Below, piece after piece: positions 18,393 to 27,077 of a stretch of 31,804 nucleotides of DNA. Numbering within the stretch: position 1 is the first letter of the stretch; the number at the start of each line of letters is the position of its first letter. Below the pieces are notes generated by a model. The model saw only the letters and a program-made list of their open reading frames with translations, was not told the DNA's origin and ran no database searches. Source of the DNA: Desulfosporosinus sp. (GTDB lineage: Bacteria > Bacillota > Desulfitobacteriia > Desulfitobacteriales > Desulfitobacteriaceae); NCBI GenBank assembly GCA_016278585.1, contig JADQBO010000484.1, positions 1 through 31,804 on the forward strand, in the 5' to 3' direction. A program made the translations under genes and the position numbers.

Positions 18393-19657
18393 GCACGAAT
18401 CATCTCAATTAAGGCCTCAATCCGGGTCAAAAGCTGGCCTTGATCTTCTTCCGAAAAATCACTTTCCAGTCGCAAGAAGGGGATCTTTTTCTTCTCCATT
18501 TCCTTACCCACAAAATAGCTCTCTACACCATAAGGCTGGCAGAACTGGAGATTAAAATCAATCACCGCGTCTGCTTTTAAAGTTGCTGCCATAAACGATA
18601 TATCTTCCATGCGCCCTTGATTCGGGGTAAAGCAAGCGCAATTCACCTTCAATGGTCGCTTAGCAATATTAGTAAGCATATCCGATACGTTGTCTCCTTG
18701 TACAGTGATATCCTTATAATAGCGTTCTCCTGTACAGGTTTCTTCCCCAACAACGACCGCCCCAGCTTGTTCGATTAAGGCATGAAGTTTCCATGCGGGA
18801 AGCGGTTGAGGGGTTCCTGTAATAAGAATCCTTGGTGCATCTAAAGGTGCAACTCCTATCCCCTCTTTGACTCGCACATCAAGTTCATCGCACAGAAGAT
18901 TAACTTGAGCAGCGAAACGAACTGGATCATCAAAGAAGGAGAGCTGATTGATCAGTAGAACATCTAAACCGTGAATAGGTGCGGGGTTATGTTTTCTCAA
19001 GTTAGCTAATCTTTGCAGCGCTTGCCGTTTATTATTGATCTTCTCAATCCCCTGAGCAAGATTCTCAACGGTTAAGTCCACCTTGGTTTCACGTTCAATG
19101 AAAGCTGCAAACTCACGCACTTCTTGTTCCCAGAGATGGGCGTCTTTGGAATCTTTTTTTTGCGGAAGGTCCATTACATAGGTGGGAATATATTCATTGA
19201 GAATCTCCCATGCCTTTTTCTTACCATCACAGGTCGTCTCTCCAATGACCCAATCAGAAACTTGAAAATACGGGCAAATGCGGTCTAGTTTAAAGCCCAT
19301 GGTGGACTTAATTAACGGACAGAGGTTACGCGGCAGGACTTTTTCTCCCGAAGAAACTGTATACTGCGCTCCAGCACATAAACCGATACTAGCACTCCCT
19401 GTTGCTACGATAATTTCCTCTGGGACATAGACGCAAAAAGTAGAGAACACCTTAGCGCCTGCTTTTTTCATAGTATAGAGTTCGTGCACTCGAATCCCAT
19501 GAACATCTCCAACTATAGCGTCGAAATATCCCATTGCTTTAGGACGATTAGGTCGTTCTAAAAAAAGACTTGTAAAAATCGCCGGTACAGGGCCCAGAAA
19601 CTCATCATGTTTCTCTAAATCCATCCCTAGGGCTGTCCATAATTCTCTGTTATCCAT
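18389..19657 (-). CDS. 2-hydroxyacyl-CoA dehydratase D-component family protein (HgdB/YjiM-like; candidate double-cubane cluster protein)
   Basis: KRPKAMGYFDAIVGDVHGIRVHELYTMKKAGAKVFSTFCVYVPEEIIVATGSASIGLCAG...LPRNLCPLIKSTMGFKLDRICPYFQVSDWVIGETTCDGKKKAWEIL; 4-nt overlap with the activator. Confidence 0.9.
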   Translation of the reverse strand: MDNRELWTALGMDLEKHDEFLGPVPAIFTSLFLERPNRPKAMGYFDAIVGDVHGIRVHELYTMKKAGAKVFSTFCVYVPEEIIVATGSASIGLCAGAQYTVSSGEKVLPRNLCPLIKSTMGFKLDRICPYFQVSDWVIGETTCDGKKKAWEILNEYIPTYVMDLPQKKDSKDAHLWEQEVREFAAFIERETKVDLTVENLAQGIEKINNKRQALQRLANLRKHNPAPIHGLDVLLINQLSFFDDPVRFAAQVNLLCDELDVRVKEGIGVAPLDAPRILITGTPQPLPAWKLHALIEQAGAVVVGEETCTGERYYKDITVQGDNVSDMLTNIAKRPLKVNCACFTPNQGRMEDISFMAATLKADAVIDFNLQFCQPYGVESYFVGKEMEKKKIPFLRLESDFSEEDQGQLLTRIEALIEMIRA

Positions 19658-19838
19658 TCTATTATCCACCAACATTAAATTCTCCCCTCTAATTATAACG
19701 TTTTAATTATTATATATTATCACTAAATAGATATGTTTAAAAGAGCCTGTTTAGACATTGCTTACTCAAATAACCCGAAACATAGTATATACTCTCACAG
19801 AAGAGAGGGTCTTGAATCAATATAGTTATTAAAGAATT

Positions 19839-19867
19839 AAGTAGCCCGGACTAATTCCGGACTACTT
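19839..19867. terminator. Hairpin, probable terminator downstream of the Spo0E-like ORF
   Basis: AAGTAGCCCGGA-CTAAT-TCCGGACTACTT, 12-bp stem with one G.U-type pair. Confidence 0.5.
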
Positions 19868-19883
19868 TATGACCAATCTTTAT

Positions 19884-20054
19884 TTACTTCGTATTTTTTT
19901 TATTCAATCTATAAACTCTATTTAATAGTTTGTCCAACTCACGGCTAGATTTAATGACATCCTCGGAAGTTAGCTCTTTACATAAGGCAAGCTTATTTAA
20001 TTGATCACGTTTTATTTCAACGGCATTGAGTAAATCTAATAACTCGTCCCTCAT
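19884..20054 (-). CDS. Spo0E-like (aspartyl-phosphate phosphatase family) sporulation regulator, 56 aa; absent from the ORF track
   Basis: ATG at 20054 preceded by AAGGAAGGTA; MRDELLDLLNAVEIKRDQLNKLALCKELTSEDVIKSSRELDKLLNRVYRLNKKNTK; SxELD signature of the Spo0E family. Confidence 0.75.
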   Translation of the reverse strand: MRDELLDLLNAVEIKRDQLNKLALCKELTSEDVIKSSRELDKLLNRVYRLNKKNTK

Positions 20055-20336
20055 CAAAATTACCTTCCTTAACGCCCAATAGGCTAAAATACAAGCTTAG
20101 AGGTATAAGGTAGATGTACCACTTGAAGAAGTGGGAGTCTTCCGAATTGGATAAAACAAGGTACCTTAGGATTAGATATAAATTATCCAGGATATATTAG
20201 GCATCACTCCTAACTCAATTTATTTACATCTTTGTAAAAATTTTATATCATTTTTTTCTAGTTTGCAAGAATGTTGTAAACCGTTGTCATTATAACCTCT
20301 ATGAGTTCATCTTAAGGATCTTCCGTGGTTGGAAAT

Positions 20337-21728
20337 TCAGTTTTTATAGGTAGCTGTAGTCTTCATATTCAAATCCATAATGACATCATACAAAGTACTA
20401 AGCTCTATGATTTTAAGATTCTTAAATCTTGTAGCATCTCTTATCGCATTTTTTGCTACATAGACACGTCTGAATCCCATTCTGTCTATTTCTCGGATGC
20501 GCGCCTCAATCGAAGGTACTTTTTTCAGTTCTCCAGTGAGCCCTACATCTGCCACAAACACGGTGTCATTGGGGATTGCTTTATCTTTGACAGATGAAAC
20601 AATACACATGATAATGGCCAAGCTTACAGATTGTTCTTTAAGTTGAAGTCCACCTGTCGTTTTGATCACTACATTTTTATCATATAGGTTAAGTTTACCT
20701 CTTTGTTCCAAGATAGAAATTAGGGTGTTTAATTGATCTCTTTTCAAACACTCTCCAATTCTAGAGGGATAGGGAGTAAAGGATTTAGATACAAGGCTTT
20801 CGACTTCCACAATAATTGGGCGTGTCCCCTCTTTGATTACGGTTAAGGCGCTCCCCGAAACCGTTTGTCCCTCTCCCCTTTGGGTCATAAAAAACTCTGA
20901 CGGATTATCAATTGATAACATCCCCTGTTCAGTCATCGAAAAAAAACCTATTTCGCCAGTGCTCCCGAACCTGTTTTTAGAACACCATGCCCCCCTTAGT
21001 TCCTCCCCATTTTCTCCATTGAGAATTAACACAGCGTCAACTAGATGTTCTAAAGCTCGGAGTCCGGCAATTTCATCGTCTTTCGTCATTTGCCCAACCA
21101 TGATCACGGCTCTGGGCCGGTTATTATTCTTAGCGATCTTTAAGAGTTCATTAGCACACTCCATCGTCTGGATCGGTGAACCAGGCCGAGAATTATGTTC
21201 TTCAAGGGTGAATGTCTGAATGCTGTCGATGATAATCAAATCAGGGTCAAGCTCTTCGATTGAGGTGAGCACATGGTTCATGCTTGTATCCGAATATATC
21301 CATATGCTACTCTTACTTCCCTTCAAGATGCGGTCTGACCTACTTTTAATTTGACTGTCACTCTCTTCGGCTGAAGCATATAAAACCTTGTAGCCCTTAT
21401 TAGAGACATCATCAGCCACTTGTAAAAGTAACGTTGATTTTCCCGCCCCAGGACGTGCTGTCAAAATAATAATCGAATCTTTAACAATACCTCCACCCAA
21501 TACTCGGTTAAATTCATTGATACTCGTGACAATTCTATCGCTATTGCCGACTAAGACCTCTGATAACATCTTTGGAGAAGTCTTTCTCTTACTTAATGAC
21601 GTCGTCGTTTTAGGTTGACTCTCTGATTCCTCAAATGTGTTCCACTCCTCACAGTTTTGACACTTGCCCAACCATTTTGGACTTTCTGATCCGCAATTAG
21701 AACACCGATAAATCAACTTAGTCTTCAT
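20337..21728 (-). CDS. RadA/Sms-family DNA repair protein, divergent
   Basis: Zinc finger YRCSNCGSESPKWLGKCQNCEEWNTF, P-loop-like ARPGAGKST, DLIIIDSIQT Walker B, KNRFG motif, LonC-like C-terminal domain. Confidence 0.88.
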   Translation of the reverse strand: MKTKLIYRCSNCGSESPKWLGKCQNCEEWNTFEESESQPKTTTSLSKRKTSPKMLSEVLVGNSDRIVTSINEFNRVLGGGIVKDSIIILTARPGAGKSTLLLQVADDVSNKGYKVLYASAEESDSQIKSRSDRILKGSKSSIWIYSDTSMNHVLTSIEELDPDLIIIDSIQTFTLEEHNSRPGSPIQTMECANELLKIAKNNNRPRAVIMVGQMTKDDEIAGLRALEHLVDAVLILNGENGEELRGAWCSKNRFGSTGEIGFFSMTEQGMLSIDNPSEFFMTQRGEGQTVSGSALTVIKEGTRPIIVEVESLVSKSFTPYPSRIGECLKRDQLNTLISILEQRGKLNLYDKNVVIKTTGGLQLKEQSVSLAIIMCIVSSVKDKAIPNDTVFVADVGLTGELKKVPSIEARIREIDRMGFRRVYVAKNAIRDATRFKNLKIIELSTLYDVIMDLNMKTTATYKN

Positions 21729-21828
21729 GTATCTCCCCATTTCCGCAAAGGAACTTTATAATTACCTTGAGAATAATAATGCCATCGTTCCATCCTTGCA
21801 ATGATTACTTCTGACTCCATGTAAAATG

Positions 21829-21860
21829 GTTTAGGGGCAATTTATGAATTGCCCCTAAAC
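21829..21860. repeat. Perfect inverted repeat in the clpC-radA intergenic region
   Basis: GTTTAGGGGCAATT-TATG-AATTGCCCCTAAAC, 14-bp perfect stem, no clear T-tract on either side. Confidence 0.8.
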
Positions 21861-21863
21861 TGT

Positions 21864-24305
21864 TTAAATCTTGGTAAACTTTATTTTGTCATCATCTGCT
21901 ACTACACGAATTTTGTCTCCAGTTTTGAATTCTCCTTCAAGTATTTTCTCGGAAAGAGCATCTTCAATTAATCGTTGAATGGCCCGACGAAGTGGGCGCG
22001 CTCCAAAAATCGGATCATTCCCCTCTTTGGCTATCAATTCAATTGCACTCTTCTCAACCTCAAGCTCTAAGCCATTTTCACTCAAGCGCTTATTCACCTG
22101 ATGAATCAATATTTCGGAAATTTTCACTAAATGTTCTTCTTGAAGAGCATGGAAGACTACTAACTCGTCAATTCTATTTAGAAACTCGGGACGGAAGGAA
22201 CGTTTTAACTCTTCCATCACATATCCACGCATGTTTTTATAGTCAGTTTTTTCATCTTTTTTTGGTGCAAAGCCCATAGCTTCCTTTTTCAGGAAAGAAG
22301 ATCCTACATTGGAGGTCATGATTATGACAGTATTTCGGAAATCTACAGTCCTTCCCTTAGTGTCCGTTAAGCGCCCATCTTCAAGGACTTGAAGTAATAT
22401 ATTAAATGCCTCAGGATGTGCCTTTTCAATTTCATCCAACAAAACAACACTATAGGGTTTTCGTCTTACCGCTTCTGTAAGCTGACCCCCTTCATCATGT
22501 CCGACATATCCCGGAGGTGCCCCTACAAGCCGAGAAACGGCATGTTTCTCCATATATTCCGACATATCAATGCGAATCAGCGCTTTTTCATCCCCAAACA
22601 TCCCCTCTGCCAAAGCCCGTCCAAGTTCGGTTTTCCCGACCCCTGTTGGTCCAAGAAAAATGAAGGAACCAATCGGACGTTTCGGGTCTTTTAGGCCTGC
22701 CCGCGCCCGGCGTACTGCCCGGGCCACTGCTGTGACTGCATCCTCCTGCCCAATGAGTCGTTGATGAAGAATATCCTCCAGATGCAGGAGGCGTTCGCTT
22801 TCTTCTTCTGCGAGTTTTTTAACCGGTATTCCTGTCCAACTCGCTACAATTTGAGCGATATCATCCCCGGTAACCATAGCATTTTCTTTATACCGTTGAT
22901 TTTGCCATGCTCCACGTTGCTCAGCAAGCTCTGCTCGTAATTTTTGTTCTTGATCACGATACTCTGCCGCTTTCTCAAATTCCTGGCTTGAAACGGCCGC
23001 TTCTTTCTCTTTCTTCAACCGTTCCGTTTCTTCCTCTAGTAATTTTAAGTCTGGTGGTGCCGTATAGCTAGCCAGCCGAACTCGGGAAGCGGCTTCATCC
23101 ATCAGATCGATAGCCTTGTCTGGCAAGAAACGATCTGAAATATATCGATCAGACAGTTGAGCAGCAGCCTCAATTGCCTCATCCGTAATCTTAACCCGGT
23201 GATGGGCTTCGTAACGATCCCTCAAGCCGCTAAGAATCATAATTGCTTCCTTGACAGTTGGCTCACCGACCGTGATGGGTTGAAAACGTCGTTCTAACGC
23301 CGTATCCTTCTCTATATATTTACGATATTCGTCTAACGTTGTCGCCCCAATACATTGCAGCTCTCCCCTTGCTAAGGCGGGCTTTAGAATGTTTGCAGCA
23401 TCGATAGCACCTTCTGCAGCCCCCGCTCCTATCAAAGTATGCAGTTCATCAATAAAGAGAATGATGTTTCCATCCGCTCGGATCTCCTCCATAACTTTCT
23501 TTAAACGCTCTTCAAATTCGCCACGATATTTACTTCCAGCGACCATCGCTGAAAGATCTAAGGTGATAACACGTTTGTTAACCAGTATCTCCGGGACTCT
23601 ATTGCTGATAATCCCCTGTGCCAATCCTTCGGCTATGGCTGTTTTACCCACACCAGGTTCTCCTATTAGTGCAGGATTATTTTTAGTTCGGCGGCTTAGA
23701 ACCTGAATGACCCGTTCTATCTCCTTTTCCCGCCCAATCACGGGGTCTAGACGTCCTTCGCGTGCTTGTAACGTAAGGTCACGCCCAAACTCATTGAGAG
23801 CAGGTGTATTCACAGGGCCCGCATTTTTAGGTGTTGGGATAGAGTTAGGAGCTGGCATTACAGATTCATCCAATTCTCCGCCCAATAATTTAACGACCTG
23901 TTTCCATACCCTTTCAGGACTCACGTTGAGGTTCGCTAAGACACGCGCAGCAATTCCCTCTCCCTCCATAATGAGACCTAAAAGCAAATGTTCGGTTCCA
24001 ATATAATTAACATCTTGTCGGTGTGCTTCCTCATTCGCTAACTCCAAAACTCTTTTTACTCGGGGAGTAAATCCAACGTCTCCTTTGACAGGCTGACCTA
24101 CTCCGGTGACATCTTCGACCTGACTACGAATTTTAGCAAGATCTAAACCCATTCCCTTTAAGACCTGGGCAGCAATTCCTTCCCCTTCTTGAATTAGCCC
24201 AAGTAAAATGTGCTCAGTCCCTACAACTTGATGTCCCATTCGTTTGGCTTCACTATGGGCTAACGCTAATACTTTCTTTGCACGTTCCGTATAACGTTCC
24301 TTCAT
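21864..24305 (-). CDS. clpC: ATP-dependent Clp protease ATP-binding subunit ClpC
   Basis: Double Clp_N repeats, two AAA+ modules ([15 protein letters not shown]; [18 protein letters not shown]), UVR-like linker; order ctsR-mcsA-mcsB-clpC. Confidence 0.98.
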   Translation of the reverse strand: MKERYTERAKKVLALAHSEAKRMGHQVVGTEHILLGLIQEGEGIAAQVLKGMGLDLAKIRSQVEDVTGVGQPVKGDVGFTPRVKRVLELANEEAHRQDVNYIGTEHLLLGLIMEGEGIAARVLANLNVSPERVWKQVVKLLGGELDESVMPAPNSIPTPKNAGPVNTPALNEFGRDLTLQAREGRLDPVIGREKEIERVIQVLSRRTKNNPALIGEPGVGKTAIAEGLAQGIISNRVPEILVNKRVITLDLSAMVAGSKYRGEFEERLKKVMEEIRADGNIILFIDELHTLIGAGAAEGAIDAANILKPALARGELQCIGATTLDEYRKYIEKDTALERRFQPITVGEPTVKEAIMILSGLRDRYEAHHRVKITDEAIEAAAQLSDRYISDRFLPDKAIDLMDEAASRVRLASYTAPPDLKLLEEETERLKKEKEAAVSSQEFEKAAEYRDQEQKLRAELAEQRGAWQNQRYKENAMVTGDDIAQIVASWTGIPVKKLAEEESERLLHLEDILHQRLIGQEDAVTAVARAVRRARAGLKDPKRPIGSFIFLGPTGVGKTELGRALAEGMFGDEKALIRIDMSEYMEKHAVSRLVGAPPGYVGHDEGGQLTEAVRRKPYSVVLLDEIEKAHPEAFNILLQVLEDGRLTDTKGRTVDFRNTVIIMTSNVGSSFLKKEAMGFAPKKDEKTDYKNMRGYVMEELKRSFRPEFLNRIDELVVFHALQEEHLVKISEILIHQVNKRLSENGLELEVEKSAIELIAKEGNDPIFGARPLRRAIQRLIEDALSEKILEGEFKTGDKIRVVADDDKIKFTKI

Positions 24306-24370
24306 TAATAATTCATCCTTTCTTTGTTTCGAGACACGAGGTTAACCAAAGTGCTCTCGAAGTTCGATGG

Positions 24371-25447
24371 TTAGTTTCCATCATGCATCGCATTTCGAAC
24401 CATTCGAGCCCGTTCCTCATCCCGCTGGCTATGATCAAGTTCCCGGTCGAGGATGTATTGCAAACAGCCCGGCCGAGTATCAACTATTAACGTGGTAAAG
24501 CAATCCTTGGTCTTTGGTAATAGTCCCATATCCGACCCTAGTCGATCATGAGATAAAAGATGCATCGCATCTTCGGAAGAGAGTAACCGTGCATTCTGCA
24601 AGGTACCTCGAGCTCGCCAGACTTTATCTTCTAAAAGGATAGGCATTTGCTGGCGCAAGAGTTCTCTTGCCTGAAGCTCGTGCTCTACGATCTGTCTTGT
24701 TACCGCATCTAAATGAGTTAAGATATCCTCTTCACTTTTTCCGAGGGTAATCTGGTTAGAGACTTGAAAGATGTGACCAAACGCTTGAGAACCCTCACCA
24801 TACAAACCCCGTACCGCTAACCCTAAGCGGGAAACTGCGCCCAACACCTGTTGAACTTGCTTAGTCATGACCAAGCCAGGCAAGTGAACCATAACCGAAG
24901 CCCTGAGCCCTGTCCCCACATTCGTGGGACAAGCCGTCAAATATCCTTGACTTTCCCTGTAAGCAAAATCAAGTTTTGTTTCCAGGAGATCATCTAACGC
25001 TGTTGCTAAGCGGTGTGATTCTAAAAGCTGATTGCCAGGCAAAAGAACCTGCATTCTTAAATGATCTTCTTCATTGACCATCACTGCATATCGGTGATCG
25101 GGGGCCAACGCCACACCGCGCGCTCCGGTTGACCCTCCTAAATTCGGACTAATTAGATGCTTTTCTATAAGAACTTGTTGTTCAATACTAGTTAGTTCTG
25201 TTAATGATATATAGACTAACCCCTCACCATTCCCTTCCTTATCGGTTAAAACTTGGGAAACAGTTTTCTCAACCTGAGTAGCCCCTTCCTGGCTTAAGCT
25301 ATGAGGGAAAGGGAAATCCTCAAGGTTGCGTGCTAGCCTTACACGACTACTTATGACAACGGGAGATTCGGTTTCATTCATCCAGGCGCTGTGCTGTAAA
25401 AGCAACTCCTTACGAATCACTCTTTTCACCCCCAGTTGATTGCTCAA
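24371..25447 (-). CDS. mcsB: Protein arginine kinase McsB
   Basis: VVISSRVRLARNLEDFPFPHSLSQEG...SYGEGSQAFGHIFQVSNQ-like phosphagen kinase-type domain (GLYGEGSQAFGHIFQVSNQITLGKSEEDIL). Confidence 0.96.
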   Translation of the reverse strand: MSNQLGVKRVIRKELLLQHSAWMNETESPVVISSRVRLARNLEDFPFPHSLSQEGATQVEKTVSQVLTDKEGNGEGLVYISLTELTSIEQQVLIEKHLISPNLGGSTGARGVALAPDHRYAVMVNEEDHLRMQVLLPGNQLLESHRLATALDDLLETKLDFAYRESQGYLTACPTNVGTGLRASVMVHLPGLVMTKQVQQVLGAVSRLGLAVRGLYGEGSQAFGHIFQVSNQITLGKSEEDILTHLDAVTRQIVEHELQARELLRQQMPILLEDKVWRARGTLQNARLLSSEDAMHLLSHDRLGSDMGLLPKTKDCFTTLIVDTRPGCLQYILDRELDHSQRDEERARMVRNAMHDGN

Positions 25448-25925
25448 TTTTACGAATCTGATCTCTTACTATAGCAGCCTCCTCAAAGGCTTCTTGCTGA
25501 ATCAAGGTCTGAAGTGTTTCCTTTAGTTTTCTTTGTTCTACGCGACTTCTGATAGCAGCCCCACGTCTTACAGGGATCTTACCTACATTTTGACCTCCAC
25601 CATGGACGCGCCGAAGTAATGGTTCAAGCTGAGTTTCAAATGTTTCATAACAGGTACTGCATCCTAGTTTCCCGATCTGGGTGATCCCGGAAAAGCTAAT
25701 TCCACATTTTGGACACTTCATCTCCGCAGGCTGGTCTTTTGTCGTGGCATTAAATCCAAAAAGAGCTTGCAGAAATTCCGGTACAATTGCAGGGTGAAAC
25801 ACAAAACTTACATTTTGATTTTTTTTGGCACAAGTCTCACAAAGATACACCTCACGAGTTTGATCGTTTTCTGTGATAAATAATTGCATAATTGCTTCTC
25901 GCTTTTGACACTGTTGACAAAGCAT
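25410..25925 (-). CDS. mcsA: McsA, zinc-binding activator of McsB (start at MLCQQCQK)
   Basis: MLCQQCQKREAIMQLF...YLCETC...MKCPKCGISFSGITQIGKLGCSTCYETF...C-terminal UVR motif. Confidence 0.93.
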   Translation of the reverse strand: MLCQQCQKREAIMQLFITENDQTREVYLCETCAKKNQNVSFVFHPAIVPEFLQALFGFNATTKDQPAEMKCPKCGISFSGITQIGKLGCSTCYETFETQLEPLLRRVHGGGQNVGKIPVRRGAAIRSRVEQRKLKETLQTLIQQEAFEEAAIVRDQIRKIEQSTGGEKSDS

Positions 25926-25938
25926 GCTAAATCCTCCT

Positions 25939-26409
25939 TTATACCAAATCGTCACGACTTAGCGTTGTCAAAATATTTTTCATGAGACATGCACGTAACA
26001 CATCCCAATCTTTAAATTCCCCACTTAAATCATTACACGAAAGCAGACTCTTAATCAGCGCTGCTTCCCTTGTGGTCACCAGTTCTTCATCCAAAAGTCG
26101 CTCTACTAAGGTATTTGATCGGTCACTTGAAATCTGCTCTCCTATCAATTGTCGTATAACCTGTTGATACTGCCCTTCCACGCCCAGTCCTAGACGAATA
26201 ATTCGCAAATACCCCCCGCCCCCTCTTCGACTCTCAACTAGGTATCCCCGTTCAACCGTAAAACGGGTATCTAGTACATAGTTGATCTGAGATGGGACAC
26301 ATGCAAACTCGCCCGCTAGCTCACTACGCTGTAACACAATAAACCCTTCTGACGTTTTGTCCAAAATCTGTTTCAAGTATTCCTCAATGCGATCCGCTAG
26401 GTTTCCCAT
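25939..26409 (-). CDS. ctsR: Transcriptional regulator CtsR
   Basis: NLADRIEEYLKQILDKTSEGFIVLQRSELAGEFACVPSQINYVLDTRFTVERGYLVESRRGGGGYLRI. Confidence 0.97.
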   Translation of the reverse strand: MGNLADRIEEYLKQILDKTSEGFIVLQRSELAGEFACVPSQINYVLDTRFTVERGYLVESRRGGGGYLRIIRLGLGVEGQYQQVIRQLIGEQISSDRSNTLVERLLDEELVTTREAALIKSLLSCNDLSGEFKDWDVLRACLMKNILTTLSRDDLV

Positions 26410-26449
26410 TGTTTAAGTCTCCTGTCACGTATTATTCTAAGCACACATC

Positions 26450-26505
26450 ATTGACCTTCCCTGACCTTCTATTTATATGATACCCAATAATTCTTGATTT
26501 TGCAA
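26450..26505 (-). promoter_or_regulatory. ctsR operon promoter with CtsR box
   Basis: Minus strand TTGCAA (26500-26505), 17-nt spacer, TATCAT (26477-26482); direct repeat GGTCAGGGAAGGTCAAT (26450-26466) matching the known RGTCAAANANRGTCAAA form with 10-nt period. Confidence 0.75.
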
Positions 26506-26513
26506 AGTTTTTT

Positions 26514-26562
26514 AAAAAAAAATTAGAGAGGGCTAAGTCTTTGTCCTAGACTCTATCCCTCC
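26514..26562 (-). terminator. Rho-independent terminator downstream of the 90-aa ORF
   Basis: Minus strand GAGGGATAGAGTCT...AGACTTAGCCCTC followed by TCTAATTTTTTTT. Confidence 0.6.
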
Positions 26563-26585
26563 CTATAGATCCCGTGTTTAAACTA

Positions 26586-26858
26586 TTACCTTGAAATTAA
26601 TACAAAATAAAACCAAGAAGATAGAGTTAAAAAGCCAACACTTCCCAGTAACCAAATAACGGGTTGACCTTGAAGTTGCTTAACATGTACCTTTTTTTCC
26701 TCTGCCTGATTTATCTGTATTTGCTCGGTTGATTTGGTCAACTTACGTATCCCCGTTTTCGATGAGGTTACACGAGGTGCTACGTCAATCCAAAGTAATG
26801 ATCCTTGTAACATCAGTTTCAGTTCCTTGTGACTTAGCCAGACATTGTTTTCTTTCAT
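26586..26858 (-). CDS. Hypothetical small protein with C-terminal TM segment
   Basis: 90-aa ORF MKENNVWLSHKELKLMLQGSLLWIDV...VIWLLGSVGFLTLSSWFYFVLISR with its own downstream terminator. Confidence 0.6.
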   Translation of the reverse strand: MKENNVWLSHKELKLMLQGSLLWIDVAPRVTSSKTGIRKLTKSTEQIQINQAEEKKVHVKQLQGQPVIWLLGSVGFLTLSSWFYFVLISR

Positions 26859-26960
26859 GAACCGTGTGCCTCCAACATGTCATCATTCCCTTGCCGATGA
26901 TGTTAATGACTAGAAATTAATCTGAAAGTAAGTTTCTTATATGCTATTCGCTGACCCATA

Positions 26961-26987
26961 AAAAAATCCCTGCCGCTTGTGCAGGGA
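26961..26987 (-). terminator. Rho-independent terminator of the M24 peptidase gene
   Basis: Minus strand TCCCTGC-ACAAGCG-GCAGGGA-TTTTTTT. Confidence 0.9.
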
Positions 26988-27077
26988 CGTTTGTCCTGAA
27001 TTCTAGCAAAATCATCACATATTTTCCATCAATTTCATTTAAGCGAACAGCTTATTGTTAAATCAACATTTTTTATC

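Noticed and set aside
22416-24006. Multiple plus-strand ORFs opposite clpC
   Set aside because: Antisense shadows of a long conserved gene.
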